64,000 nt of DNA from Polyangiaceae bacterium (GTDB lineage Bacteria > Myxococcota_A > Polyangia > Polyangiales > Polyangiaceae). The stretch is taken from the NCBI GenBank assembly GCA_044376115.1, contig JBILLK010000004.1, positions 64,001 to 128,000 on the forward strand, given 5' to 3'. The position numbers and the translations under genes are program-made. Under the pieces are notes generated by a model. The model made no database searches, was not told the DNA's origin, and saw only the letters and a program-made list of their open reading frames with translations. The stretch's first letter is position 1, and every line of letters begins with the position of its first letter. Below are positions 49,134 through 58,945 of the stretch, one piece after another.

Positions 49134-49931
49134 ATGACCCGCGTACTGATACCCCTACCCGACCGCGACTTCGACGTGACGGAGGTCGCCGTGCCTTGGC
49201 GGCTGCTGACGCGTCGTGACATTGAGGTTGTGTTCGCGACGCCCCAAGGTGGAATCGCTGCAGCCGATCCGTTGTTGCTCACCGGGGTGATCTTCGGGCA
49301 GCTAGGTGCGGAGCCCGAGGCCAAGGCCTTCTACGAGCAGATGACGCGGGTGAAGGCGTTTCAAAGCCCTCTCCGCTACGACGCCATCGAGTGGGAGTCG
49401 TTTGACGGGCTGCTGCTCCCCGGCGGTCACGCCAAGGGCATGCGTCCGTATTTGGAGTCGACCGAACTGCGCGCTGGCGTGCGTGAATTTTGGGCCTTGC
49501 GGCGGCCGGTCGCGGCGATCTGTCACGGGGTGCTCGTACTAGCGCGCACGGTCGTGCCGGAGACAGGGCGCAGCGTGCTCTTCGATCGCCGGACGACCTG
49601 CCTCCCCGCTTATATGGAGAAGGCCGCACATCTAGCGACGTTCTGGAAGCTCGGGGACTACTACCGCACCTACCCCGTCACGGTCGAAGAGGAGGTCGTG
49701 CAAGCTCTCGCGCACCACGAGCAATTCGTCCGCGGGCCGATCACGCTGTTCAGCAAAGGCAAAGAGCACGACGCTTCGGCCGCCTTCGTCGTGGATGACG
49801 GCCACTACCTCTCGGCGCGCTGGCCTGGTGACGCGTACAAGCTGGCGACGCTGTTCGCCGACAAGTTGATCGCACGCCAAGGTCGAGCAAGCTTCCGCGG
49901 TCTCGACCGCCGTCCCCCGGGCGCTCTTTGA
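49134..49931 (+). CDS. DJ-1/PfpI (type 1 glutamine amidotransferase-like) protein
   Basis: DFDVTEVAVPW, LLLPGGH, AAICHG nucleophile elbow, SARWPGD; alternative start 49101. Confidence 0.9.
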   Translation: MTRVLIPLPDRDFDVTEVAVPWRLLTRRDIEVVFATPQGGIAAADPLLLTGVIFGQLGAEPEAKAFYEQMTRVKAFQSPLRYDAIEWESFDGLLLPGGHAKGMRPYLESTELRAGVREFWALRRPVAAICHGVLVLARTVVPETGRSVLFDRRTTCLPAYMEKAAHLATFWKLGDYYRTYPVTVEEEVVQALAHHEQFVRGPITLFSKGKEHDASAAFVVDDGHYLSARWPGDAYKLATLFADKLIARQGRASFRGLDRRPPGAL

Positions 49932-51043
49932 TGCAGAACCTTCGTTTTTGTGTACGTGCGCTCGCGGCTCGCAGCGTAGACATCGCCTTGGTCGAGCCGT
50001 TCGCGATCGCGGGTGGAGCGCAGCACAGCGCGCGCAACGTGCTGGTGTCGCTCGAGCTTGGCAGCGGCGTTCGCGGACTGGGAGAAGCGGCGCCGTTCCC
50101 CGTCGTCAGCGGCGAGACGCAAGAGACGAGCTTGGCGGCGATCGAACGCGTGAAGTCGCTGCTGATCGGGCAGGACGTCCGGGGCTATCGCCTGCTCAGC
50201 GAAAAGCTCGATGCAGCGCTCGGCGAACAACGCGCTGCTCTCGCGGGCATCGAGCACGCCCTCTTCGACGCGCTCACGCGCGAGCTCGGCATCTCGCTGG
50301 CGGACTTCTTCGGAGGGGCGCGCGCGGGCGTGAGCACCGACATCACCATCACGGCCTCGACCGTCGAGCACGCGCGCAAAGCCGCGCAGGACGCGGTCGC
50401 GAAAGGCTTCGGCGAACTCAAGGTGAAGGTCGGTGGCCAGGATCCCGAGTTCGATCTCGAGCGCCTTTTGGCGATCGCGGAGTCGAGCCCGCGCAGCCTG
50501 ATGCTCGACGCAAACGGTGGTTACAGCGAGCAGGCGGCGGCGTTCCTTTTGCGCGAGTTGCGTAAGCGAGAGCTACCGGTGACGCTGTTCGAGGAGCCGC
50601 TCGCGCGCGGTGATCTCGACGGGCTCTCGCGCCTCGCTGAGTTCGGAGTGCCGCTCGCAGCGGACGAATCGGCGCGCAGCGTGGCCGACGTGGTGGAGCT
50701 CGGTCGCGCCAAGTGCGTGCAGTTCGTCAACCTGAAGGTGCAAAAGACAGGCGTACTCGGAGCGCTCGCGATCGCTGAGGTCGCCCGCGGGCTCGGGCTC
50801 GGGCTGATGATGGGCGGCATGGTCGAGAGCGAGATCGGGATGACCTTCTCGGCGCAGCTCGCGAGCGGGCTCGGCGGCGTGCGCTTCGTCGATCTCGATA
50901 CGCCGTTCTGGTTTCGTGCGCCGCTGACCCACGAGGGCTATCGCACGCAAGGCTCCCGCATCTTGATCGACTACGAGAAGCCCGGTCTCGGGCTGACTGC
51001 GCTAACGTTGCACCAGCCGCACTTGCCGCAAACGGAAGCCTGA
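49931..51043 (+). CDS. Dipeptide epimerase (L-Ala-D/L-Glu epimerase, enolase superfamily)
   Basis: GLGEAAP, KVKVG, DAN, EEP, ADES, NLK, DLD; TGATG coupling. Confidence 0.88.
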   Translation: MQNLRFCVRALAARSVDIALVEPFAIAGGAQHSARNVLVSLELGSGVRGLGEAAPFPVVSGETQETSLAAIERVKSLLIGQDVRGYRLLSEKLDAALGEQRAALAGIEHALFDALTRELGISLADFFGGARAGVSTDITITASTVEHARKAAQDAVAKGFGELKVKVGGQDPEFDLERLLAIAESSPRSLMLDANGGYSEQAAAFLLRELRKRELPVTLFEEPLARGDLDGLSRLAEFGVPLAADESARSVADVVELGRAKCVQFVNLKVQKTGVLGALAIAEVARGLGLGLMMGGMVESEIGMTFSAQLASGLGGVRFVDLDTPFWFRAPLTHEGYRTQGSRILIDYEKPGLGLTALTLHQPHLPQTEA

Positions 51044-51124
51044 GCGGCCAAACGGCTCGGCCGCGCGTAGGGAGGGAGATCGCCCGACCTCGCCGTAAAG
51101 AACGCGTTCCCCAAGGACTCTTCA

Positions 51125-52558
51125 ATGCAACACGACCCCACGCAGCCTCAGCCTAGCGACCCCTCGCAACCTCAACCGCAGCAAGCCGGAGGTGCACCAA
51201 ACGGTCCGCCCGATGCCGGCAACGCCCCGCAGGGCTACGCTCAGCCGCAGACCTACGGTGCTCCGAGTCAGCCGCCGCAGGCCTACGGGGCGACAGCGCC
51301 AGGGTATGGGCCGCCGCCCGGTCAGCAAGGCTACAGCCAGCCTCCTCAAGCCTACGGGGCAACAGCGCCGGGCTACGGGCCGCCGCCGGGTCAGCAAGGC
51401 TACAGCCAACCGCCGCAAGCCTACGGGGCGCAGGGCTACGGGCCTCAGGGTTACGGTCAGCCGCAGGCCTACGGTCAGCCGCAGGCCTACGGTCAGCCTC
51501 AGGGTTACGGGCCGGGTGCGTACGGCCAGGCCGCGGTTGCCAAGCCACCATCCTGGGCGATCGGCGCAGCCGTCGGCGCGGCCAGCACCGGCGCGATGGC
51601 CTTCCTCTACATTGGCATCTACGGCGGCCGCGCCGTTGGGGAAGCGGTGTTGGCGCTGCTTGCCTTGACGGTAGGAGCCGCCATTGCGGCGACGGTCGGA
51701 GGCATCTCGGCGATTCGTGCCAAACAGGTGCGCTTCGGAGCTGGCACGCTAGCCCTTGCTGGCTTCGGTGTGCTCGCTGGTGGTGGCGGAGTGTTGATGG
51801 ACCATCTCTGGCGGGAGAGCCAGAAGTCGAAGTACTCCAGCTACGACACCGACTACACGCCCTACAAGAGCGACGACGGCAGCAAGAAGAGCGGGTCCAA
51901 AACGGATTCCAAAGCGGACTCGAAGCCGGCTCAAGCACCGGCCGAAGCACCGGTTGCCAACACGCGGCAGGGCGCGTTCCGTTTGGGCGACAAGCTCGGC
52001 CTGGCGGTGCTCGGAAGGGCCCGCGGTCAAGCAGCCGCAGGAGAGCGAACCTTCGCGTCGTTGCAACCGCTCGCCGCCGAACTCGGGCTGACGCTGCCCC
52101 CGCTGCCGAAGCTGACCGGCGACGACACCGGCGACACAGCCGACGCGATGCACTACCTGCTGGATACGGTCGGAAAGTCCGGGGTCTCGACCCTGAGCAC
52201 GAAGCACAGTCAGGCCCACGCGGCTGCGTTCGAGTTGGGCCTCAAGCTCAACCTGCTCAACCTGTTGTACCTGCCCAACGACAGCTTGGGGCAGGGCATC
52301 GGTGGAACCTGCGCCTCTTTGGCGAAGTCGGCGGGCGTGGCGGACTCGACGATGGCGCCGCTGATGTCGAAGATCCGCGCCAATGCTAGCCAGGACTCGG
52401 TTGGGGCGAGCGTGGAACAGGTTGGTGACGCCATCGACCGCGAGCTCGCGACCGCGGCGGCCTTGCCTCCGCCTGCGCCGACGCCTGCAGCTGCTCCGCC
52501 GCCCGCCAGACCGAAGCCGCGCCGGCCTCCGCCGCGCTTCGACGGCAACATGCCGTGA
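51125..52558 (+). CDS. Membrane protein with N-terminal Q/P/G/Y repeat region, 3 TMs and a helical C-terminal domain
   Basis: AAGGA SD; QPPQAYG repeats; three hydrophobic segments. Confidence 0.75.
   Translation: MQHDPTQPQPSDPSQPQPQQAGGAPNGPPDAGNAPQGYAQPQTYGAPSQPPQAYGATAPGYGPPPGQQGYSQPPQAYGATAPGYGPPPGQQGYSQPPQAYGAQGYGPQGYGQPQAYGQPQAYGQPQGYGPGAYGQAAVAKPPSWAIGAAVGAASTGAMAFLYIGIYGGRAVGEAVLALLALTVGAAIAATVGGISAIRAKQVRFGAGTLALAGFGVLAGGGGVLMDHLWRESQKSKYSSYDTDYTPYKSDDGSKKSGSKTDSKADSKPAQAPAEAPVANTRQGAFRLGDKLGLAVLGRARGQAAAGERTFASLQPLAAELGLTLPPLPKLTGDDTGDTADAMHYLLDTVGKSGVSTLSTKHSQAHAAAFELGLKLNLLNLLYLPNDSLGQGIGGTCASLAKSAGVADSTMAPLMSKIRANASQDSVGASVEQVGDAIDRELATAAALPPPAPTPAAAPPPARPKPRRPPPRFDGNMP
51266..51430 (+). 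repeat. 69-bp coding tandem repeat ([23 protein letters not shown] x2 plus partial)
   Basis: Units 51266-51334 and 51335-51403 encode identical peptides; partial third unit to 51430. Confidence 0.92.
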
Positions 52559-52594
52559 CGGCAACACGGGCGGGCTGATTGCACCGCGCCCTGC

Positions 52595-54454
52595 TTAGCG
52601 CGCGCGTACCAAACTCAGCTCATCGGGCGCCTCGCCGAAATCAGGCGCCTCGATGACGAGCCCGAGCTTCTTGGGGATCGGCTCAGGGATGGGGATGCGG
52701 CGGTCTCCGTCCACTTCGACGAGCGAAAGGCCCCACAGCTTCTCGTCGGTGCCGTTGTAGGCGCACACCGAAAGCGCCGCTTGCTGCGACTTGATCTGGC
52801 ACACGGTCAACGGCTCCGCGGTGCGCAAGATGCGCGTTCGGATCAGCTCGTCCACCGGGCCGAGATCGGTCAGGCCACGCGCATATTCGACGCCGCGCGG
52901 GTCATTGAGATAGGCCAGCATGGTGGCAGCGTGAAGCCGCAACGGCAGCTTGTCGGAGCGCAACAACTTGGCGAAGGCGTCCGCAGGCGCGGGCCCAATT
53001 TCGCCGAGCGTTCGTCGTTCTTCGACGTCGATCTTGAGCTCGGTACCCGGGCCTTTGACGCTCCATTTGACCGAGTGGCCGGGCGCGAGTTCCCCACCCC
53101 AGAAGAGCCCACGGTCGGTGGCGCCGACGCGTTCGTTGCGCGCGTTGCGCCGCGCGAAGGTGACCACCACGCGCAGATCCGAGAGAGGCACCTTGGCGTT
53201 GTTCACGATCGCGAGATCGAAGTTGTAGCGACCGCGGCCTCGCTTGCTGAGTTGCGGCGCGATCGAGGAAGAGCCGCCTTCCTTGTTCGGTTCTTTCGCG
53301 ATCGGTACCACGCTGAGCAGCGGTACGCCGCCACGCCACAGCGGCGAGTCGGCGCGCTCGCAGCGGCAGGTGGGTAGCGTCGGCGCCTCGATCGCCTCGT
53401 CCGAAGGGATGGGCACGTCCTCCAAGCCGGCCCGCGCTTGCACCGGCGGCTTGAGCTCCGGCTGCACTTGGCGAATCAGCCTTAACGAGAAGATGCCGGC
53501 CGCGCAGGTGAGCACGATCATCGCGGCGGCGATCAGCCCGGTGCGAACGAGCGCAGGTGAGCGCGACGTCGCAACCTCGCGCAGCGCGGGCGCGCGCACC
53601 GAAGCCGGCGGCGCGAGCGTTGGCGCAGGCGGCGCAACGGACGTAGCAGCAGGAGCTGGGAGCACTGGCGCGAGCAGCGTTGGTGGCTCGGGGAAGCCGA
53701 GCGGCTTTCCCGGGGCGGAAGCCCCGGGAAAGCCCGAGGCGACCGGGGGCGCGCTGGCGGCGTTGGTCTGCACCAAGGCATCCGCTGCTCGCTCGGTTGG
53801 CGGTGCTGCAAGCTCGCCGAGCCCGGCGCGCACCAGCACGTCGCGCTCGGGGACGTCGAACGGATCGGTCTCGTGAAAGAGCGCCGGGTCGAAGCCGAGC
53901 CGCTGCGAGAGCCGCTGCGACAGAGTCTCCCGCAGACGCTCCGATAACGGCCCACCGCGCGTCGCCCAAAGCACGAGGCCGCGCCCCGCCGCGCCCAGCG
54001 CGAGCAACGTGATGGCGCCGAAGGCGATGCGCCCGAGCGGCCCCGCGACGAGATGAGGCGGCACAGCGACGCTCGCCCAAATCGCGAACGGCAGCGGGAT
54101 CAGCCAAGAGAGAACCCCCGCGACCCGCCGACGTTTGTAGGCGGCAGCGAGCGCCTCGAGCGGCGCATCGGAGAAGTGCGTGAGGTAAAAGCGATTGTGC
54201 GGCGTAACCACCCGCGAGTCGAAGCTGAGCAGCACGCCTTGCCCGCGCCGCACGAAACCGCGCACCGCCGTGTAGGGCGCGCTTACGCGCACGAAGCGCG
54301 TGAGACCTCCGGGTAAGTAACCATCGGAGTAGGCGCCGGCCTTGAGCAGCTCGATCTCGAGGCGCTTGGGTAGCAGCGTGATGCGCACGGCGCCCACCGA
54401 GTTGGCGTCGCGCGAACTCGCAGCGATGGCGCCGATGGTGAACGAGCCCGACAC
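52595..54454 (-). CDS. Hypothetical membrane protein (3 TMs, Pro-rich linker, Ig-like C-terminal domain)
   Basis: TM segments; DLAIVNNA..LRVVVTF..ELAPG beta-sandwich-like pattern. Confidence 0.7.
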   Translation of the reverse strand: MSGSFTIGAIAASSRDANSVGAVRITLLPKRLEIELLKAGAYSDGYLPGGLTRFVRVSAPYTAVRGFVRRGQGVLLSFDSRVVTPHNRFYLTHFSDAPLEALAAAYKRRRVAGVLSWLIPLPFAIWASVAVPPHLVAGPLGRIAFGAITLLALGAAGRGLVLWATRGGPLSERLRETLSQRLSQRLGFDPALFHETDPFDVPERDVLVRAGLGELAAPPTERAADALVQTNAASAPPVASGFPGASAPGKPLGFPEPPTLLAPVLPAPAATSVAPPAPTLAPPASVRAPALREVATSRSPALVRTGLIAAAMIVLTCAAGIFSLRLIRQVQPELKPPVQARAGLEDVPIPSDEAIEAPTLPTCRCERADSPLWRGGVPLLSVVPIAKEPNKEGGSSSIAPQLSKRGRGRYNFDLAIVNNAKVPLSDLRVVVTFARRNARNERVGATDRGLFWGGELAPGHSVKWSVKGPGTELKIDVEERRTLGEIGPAPADAFAKLLRSDKLPLRLHAATMLAYLNDPRGVEYARGLTDLGPVDELIRTRILRTAEPLTVCQIKSQQAALSVCAYNGTDEKLWGLSLVEVDGDRRIPIPEPIPKKLGLVIEAPDFGEAPDELSLVRAR

Positions 54455-54539
54455 GCGGCCTCTTCTAGCACGCCAAGCGCACGGCGAGCGGGTGGATCCC
54501 CTTGCGACCGCATGGCGAACTGCCTAAGACCTGCGTTCG

Positions 54540-55133
54540 ATGAACAAGCATTCCGTAGGGTCGATCGCTGTGGCGATGCTGCTCGCCTGGACGGGCGTTG
54601 GGTGTGAGCGCGTGCCGGAGCCTGAAGGTGGTCCGCGCTCGGCCAAGCCGGCCAGCTCGGAGGCGCCCGAACCGACCGAGTTGGTGAAGGAAGATCTCAA
54701 GGTTGGGGAAGGCTCGCGGGAGGTAAAGACGGGAGACACCATCAAGGTGAATTACGTCGGGAAGCTCGCCAAAAACGGCAGCATGTTCGACTCGAACAAA
54801 AGCAAAGAAGCACCGTTCTCCTTCACCGTTGGGGAGGGCGTGATCCCCGGCTGGAGTCAGGGCGTCGTGGGCATGAAGAAGGGCGGCAAGCGCAAGCTCA
54901 CCATCCCGTCATCGCTTGGCTACGGGGATAGCGGCAGCCCGCCGAAGATCCCGGGCAAGGCGACGCTTGTGTTCGAGATCGATCTGCTCGGCTGGGACGG
55001 CGAGGAGCCGGCCCCCGAGGCTTCAGCAACGCCTTCCGTAAGTGCTTCGGCAAGCGCTGCGCCTTCGGCCGCGCCCGCCGCGGGTTCTGCCGCAGCTAGC
55101 GCCAAGCCGGCAGCAGGGCCTGCTGCCAAGTGA
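54540..55133 (+). CDS. FKBP-type peptidyl-prolyl isomerase, lipoprotein
   Basis: Lipobox [40 protein letters not shown]. Confidence 0.95.
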   Translation: MNKHSVGSIAVAMLLAWTGVGCERVPEPEGGPRSAKPASSEAPEPTELVKEDLKVGEGSREVKTGDTIKVNYVGKLAKNGSMFDSNKSKEAPFSFTVGEGVIPGWSQGVVGMKKGGKRKLTIPSSLGYGDSGSPPKIPGKATLVFEIDLLGWDGEEPAPEASATPSVSASASAAPSAAPAAGSAAASAKPAAGPAAK

Positions 55134-56182
55134 GCGCCGCTCTTTTCGACGAGGGCTTTGCTCTTTCGCCGGTGACATCACCGGCGAAAGAGCGCGGCTT
55201 CGCGCTGGTCGCGCACAAACTCGCGCGCGAGACCAAGCCCGCTGAGGAGACCGCGCATCTGCCTTTCGTCGAACGCGGGGTGCTGACGGTCGGCGGCGGG
55301 CAAGCCACGCTGGACGGCGCGCCGGTAACGGTGCGCGAGGTCGTGCTCGAGAGCACTGAAATCGCGTGGGGCCAAGGTGGATTTGGGCCCTCCTTCGACG
55401 TGCACAACGCGCGCGTTTTGCTGCGCCTGGAGGACAAAAGCGAGCTGTGCGTAGGTGAACGACTCGCGCGCTCCGCGGAGGAGGCCGAGGCCGAGCTCAA
55501 CGAACTGGCCGAGCTTTTGCGCGGGCGGCTGCTGGGCGCAGCGGCCGGAGACAAGCCGGCAGCGCCCCCTGCCCTGCCCCGCTTCTCCTTTGCTCGTGAG
55601 GGCGACGTGGTGGTGTTGCGCGACTACGAGAACCTTGGGCCGCGATCACGTACGACGCGCTTCTGGGTGATGGCGGCCCTGCTCCTGCTGGGCGCGGGCG
55701 GAGCGGTAATGCTCACGCTCCAAGCGCGCGGGGCGGAAGCGCCGCTGACCACCGTGCTCGGCTATGTCGTGCTCGCGGCAGTGCTCTTCGTTGGCTCCTT
55801 CGCGATGAGCCAAATTGCGGCGCACGCGGCGAAGTACAAGGCCACCCATACGCCGCTGGCGTGGTTCGGTGATGACCGCGTGGTCGTGCAACCGTGGCTG
55901 TCGCGGGCGGGCCACGTGGATCGCAGGCCGGAAGGTCGGCTCGGTGCCGCCGTGGTGACGGCGGAGCTGGATGAAGTGGTGGTGATCGAGCGCGAAGGTT
56001 TGCAGGCTGTAACGCTCACCGGGCCGCACGGTGCGATCGAGGTCGCCCTCACGCCTCAGCGCGCTGAAGCCGAGCAGCTCGCGCGGACGGTGAGCATGCT
56101 GCTCGAGCGCGTCACCTCGCCAAAAAAGCGTGCTCCCAGCGCAGCCCGCCGCAAGATGAGCACCGCACAGGCTGCACCGTGA
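55130..56182 (+). CDS. Hypothetical membrane protein (2 TMs)
   Basis: GTGA overlaps with both neighbours; two hydrophobic helices. Confidence 0.75.
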   Translation: MSAALFDEGFALSPVTSPAKERGFALVAHKLARETKPAEETAHLPFVERGVLTVGGGQATLDGAPVTVREVVLESTEIAWGQGGFGPSFDVHNARVLLRLEDKSELCVGERLARSAEEAEAELNELAELLRGRLLGAAAGDKPAAPPALPRFSFAREGDVVVLRDYENLGPRSRTTRFWVMAALLLLGAGGAVMLTLQARGAEAPLTTVLGYVVLAAVLFVGSFAMSQIAAHAAKYKATHTPLAWFGDDRVVVQPWLSRAGHVDRRPEGRLGAAVVTAELDEVVVIEREGLQAVTLTGPHGAIEVALTPQRAEAEQLARTVSMLLERVTSPKKRAPSAARRKMSTAQAAP

Positions 56183-56895
56183 CCGCGACCAAGGAGACGA
56201 AAGATACGGTGCTGATCGTCGACGACGAGCAGGCCTTCCTCGACCTCCTTTCGTTCAACCTCAGCGAAGCCGGCATGAAGGTGGAGACGGCGCAGACCGC
56301 CGCCGACGCGATGAAGGCCGTAGCGCTGGTGCGGCCGGTGGTGGTGATCCTGGATCTGATGCTGCCCGACGCCTCCGGGACCGAGGTTTGCCGCCGTTTG
56401 CGTCAAGACCCAGCCACCGCCGAGATCGGCGTGATGATGCTCACCGCGCGCGCCGACGAATACGATCGCATCGTCGGCTTCGAGGTGGGCGCCGATGACT
56501 ACGTCGTCAAGCCGTTCAGCGTGCGCGAGGTCGTGCTGCGGGTGAAGGCGCTCGCGCGGCGCTCTTCCGAGCGATTGCGCGCGAGGCTAGCGGTGGACGT
56601 TGGGCGCAGACTGCGGCACGAGGGTCTGGAGGTCGATCCTGAGCGCCATCGCGTCTTCGTCGAGAGTGAAGAAGTGAGCTTGCGCCCGCTCGAGTTCCGC
56701 TTGCTGGCGCTGCTGATGGAGCACCCGGGGCGCGTCTTTTCGCGCGCGGAGCTGCTCGCGGAGGTTTGGGGGGTCACCGGGGATCTGAGCACGCGCACGG
56801 TGGATACCCACGTGCGACGCTTGCGCAGCCGGCTCGGGCCATATGAAGACGCGGTGGAGACGGTGCCGGGCTTTGGCTACCGCATGCGCGCGTAG
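56179..56895 (+). CDS. PhoB/OmpR-family response regulator with no adjacent kinase
   Basis: LIVDDE, LDLMLPD, TAR, ADDYVVKPF, TRTVDTHVRRLR, TVPGFGY. Confidence 0.93.
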   Translation: MTATKETKDTVLIVDDEQAFLDLLSFNLSEAGMKVETAQTAADAMKAVALVRPVVVILDLMLPDASGTEVCRRLRQDPATAEIGVMMLTARADEYDRIVGFEVGADDYVVKPFSVREVVLRVKALARRSSERLRARLAVDVGRRLRHEGLEVDPERHRVFVESEEVSLRPLEFRLLALLMEHPGRVFSRAELLAEVWGVTGDLSTRTVDTHVRRLRSRLGPYEDAVETVPGFGYRMRA

Positions 56896-56911
56896 CTCGC
56901 GGTCGATCTAC

Positions 56912-56954
56912 AAAAACGAGACGGCTCTCGAGCCAGCGAGGACGCGAGAGCCGT
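56912..56954 (-). terminator. Probable intrinsic terminator between convergent genes
   Basis: 10-bp stem ACGGCTCTCG (56921-56930) / CGAGAGCCGT (56945-56954); A5 at 56912-56916 gives a U-tract on minus; 14-bp palindrome at 56960-56973. Confidence 0.55.
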
Positions 56955-56980
56955 ACGTGCGCGGCTAGCCGCGACCGAAG

Positions 56981-57574
56981 CTACTTCTTGAAGATCTGCG
57001 CCCCAGCGATACCCGCGCCGCCAGTGGCTCGGATGATCACCTTGCCGGGAGCAGCCGTCAGGGGCTGGCTGCGCCAGCAGCTGCCACCACCACCCAAGGT
57101 TGCGTTCGGGCCGGTCTGGTTGTCTTGCGCGATCGGCGGCGTGGGGAACGGCGTGACGTACTGGATCTGCACGTCGAGTTCGGTGATGCCCGGACCGCCG
57201 ATACCGACGACGGTGTAGCACTTGTTCGGCTCGATGTTGAACGGCTGCTCAAGGACCTGACCTTGTTGGAATTGCCCAGCGAAGGCAGAGCCTTCAGCGG
57301 TCATCCCTTTGGTGTCGGGCGAGCCAGCGGCGAGCACTGCAGCGGCCGGGCCGAGCATGCCGATCGAAACCGGCTGAGCAGGCCCACCCACGGTGGCCGG
57401 CGGCTGCTGCGGGGCGGTGGCGGTTTGCACCGGAACCGTCTGGGCCGGTGGCGGATAACCCGGGGGATAGCCAGTCACGCCTCCGGGCGGAACGTTGGTC
57501 TGGGGATCGGATGAACCGCAGCCGAACGCACACAAACCCAACAGCGCTACAGGGACGAAAAAGGAAAGTCGCAT
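56981..57574 (-). CDS. Hypothetical lipoprotein with Pro-rich linker and beta-sandwich domain
   Basis: GAGGAG then ATG 57574; lipobox AFGC; CYTVV..ELDV..CW domain. Confidence 0.8.
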   Translation of the reverse strand: MRLSFFVPVALLGLCAFGCGSSDPQTNVPPGGVTGYPPGYPPPAQTVPVQTATAPQQPPATVGGPAQPVSIGMLGPAAAVLAAGSPDTKGMTAEGSAFAGQFQQGQVLEQPFNIEPNKCYTVVGIGGPGITELDVQIQYVTPFPTPPIAQDNQTGPNATLGGGGSCWRSQPLTAAPGKVIIRATGGAGIAGAQIFKK

Positions 57575-57748
57575 ACGAGCTCCTCGCGAGAACCAACTTG
57601 TTGTCGAACGGTAGAACCGCGTGGGCGCGCCCACCCAGTTCGACCAATCCCGTGCCGGACGGTGTTCTACACGAGAACGAGCCGGATGACCCAACCTTAC
57701 GGTGGGGAGCTGGGGCTGCCCCAACTCAGAACAGCGTGCGGCAGACGG

Positions 57749-58933
57749 CTAAGCGCCCGGAAGTTTGAGGTCCGGCACGGTTTGGGTCTCCTCGGCCAAG
57801 AACATCCCGTCCACCACGCGATCCATCACCGTTTCAAAGCGCGTTTCGTCGAAGCCTGAGCCGCTGCGGAGCCAATCGACGTTGGGCTCTTGCTTGCGCG
57901 AGCGCCGCGCGCCCGGAAAATGGCCGACGATATCGAGGTGATCGGCGCGACCCGCCCACAGGAGCTCGCCCCAAAGTTGCGAGTGAAACGGGACGACGCC
58001 GTCGTTGGCCGAGGCTGGCGGAAGCTGGCCCAACATGGTGGCAACGCTGCGCACCATGCGCGGATCCGACGAAGCGCATGGGTACCGCTCGTCTTCCGCA
58101 GAGGTCAGGTTGTAGAGCACCGTAAAGATCGCGCCCGAGACCAACGACCAAGGCGAGAGCAGCGTTCCCAGGCTGTTCTTTTGGCCGCCCTCCGGCGCGT
58201 AGCTCGCCACCGACTGATAACGCACGCCGGGACGATCGATCACCGAGGCCTCGAAGATGTCCATCGCTTCGGGCGTCAACTGAATCACCGTGCCTTGATC
58301 GGCGCGGATTTGTTTGAGGAAGGAACGGAGGTCGCGGCTCGAAGCGTCATCCAGGACCTTGATCAACGACTCGCTGACCCGCTCGATCACCGACAGTTCG
58401 ATCGCCCCCGAGATGCGTCCCAAGGTAGCGAGCAGGGTGCTCGCGAGAGCGAGCGGCGGCGCGCCGAGCTTGAGCCCAGTGACCGTCAACGCCATCAGCG
58501 CGTACAACACCTGTTGCCCCGACTTGGTCGCAAAGAAGGCCGCCAGCGGCGTGCCTCGATGCGGCGTATTGACGGTGGTGATCGACGCCAAGCGTTCGAG
58601 CAGCGCCTCGGCTTTCGGCCGCAGACTCTCGTCGCGCAAGATCCTCGAGGTGGGCGAAGCCAGCAGGCGCGCATCGAGGCCGCCCGTCGAGTGGCCGAGG
58701 ATGTGCACCGGGGTGCTCTCCTCGCCCGCGGTGTCGAGCATTCGGCGAAGGAGCGAGTCCGCTCTTCGGCGGATCGAGGCCGAGGGATGCACGTCCACCA
58801 CGTGGCAGACTGCCCTCCTGCCGCGCGCTGCATAACGCGCTTCAATCGCCTGGGTCATATGACCGAAGTAGTCGAGGCTTCCGATCTTGGCGAAGCCGAA
58901 CATGCCGGGAACGAGGTAAACGTGAACGGGCAT
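57749..58933 (-). CDS. Triacylglycerol lipase-like alpha/beta hydrolase
   Basis: LVPGMFG, GHSTGG, TPHRGT, NDGVV, DHLD triad motifs. Confidence 0.88.
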   Translation of the reverse strand: MPVHVYLVPGMFGFAKIGSLDYFGHMTQAIEARYAARGRRAVCHVVDVHPSASIRRRADSLLRRMLDTAGEESTPVHILGHSTGGLDARLLASPTSRILRDESLRPKAEALLERLASITTVNTPHRGTPLAAFFATKSGQQVLYALMALTVTGLKLGAPPLALASTLLATLGRISGAIELSVIERVSESLIKVLDDASSRDLRSFLKQIRADQGTVIQLTPEAMDIFEASVIDRPGVRYQSVASYAPEGGQKNSLGTLLSPWSLVSGAIFTVLYNLTSAEDERYPCASSDPRMVRSVATMLGQLPPASANDGVVPFHSQLWGELLWAGRADHLDIVGHFPGARRSRKQEPNVDWLRSGSGFDETRFETVMDRVVDGMFLAEETQTVPDLKLPGA

Positions 58934-58945
58934 CGGGCGCGATCT

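Noticed and set aside
45089..51043. Complete RiPP biosynthetic cluster
   Set aside because: No radical SAM, YcaO, lanthipeptide synthetase, RRE or peptidase-transporter visible; DJ-1 and epimerase have ordinary roles
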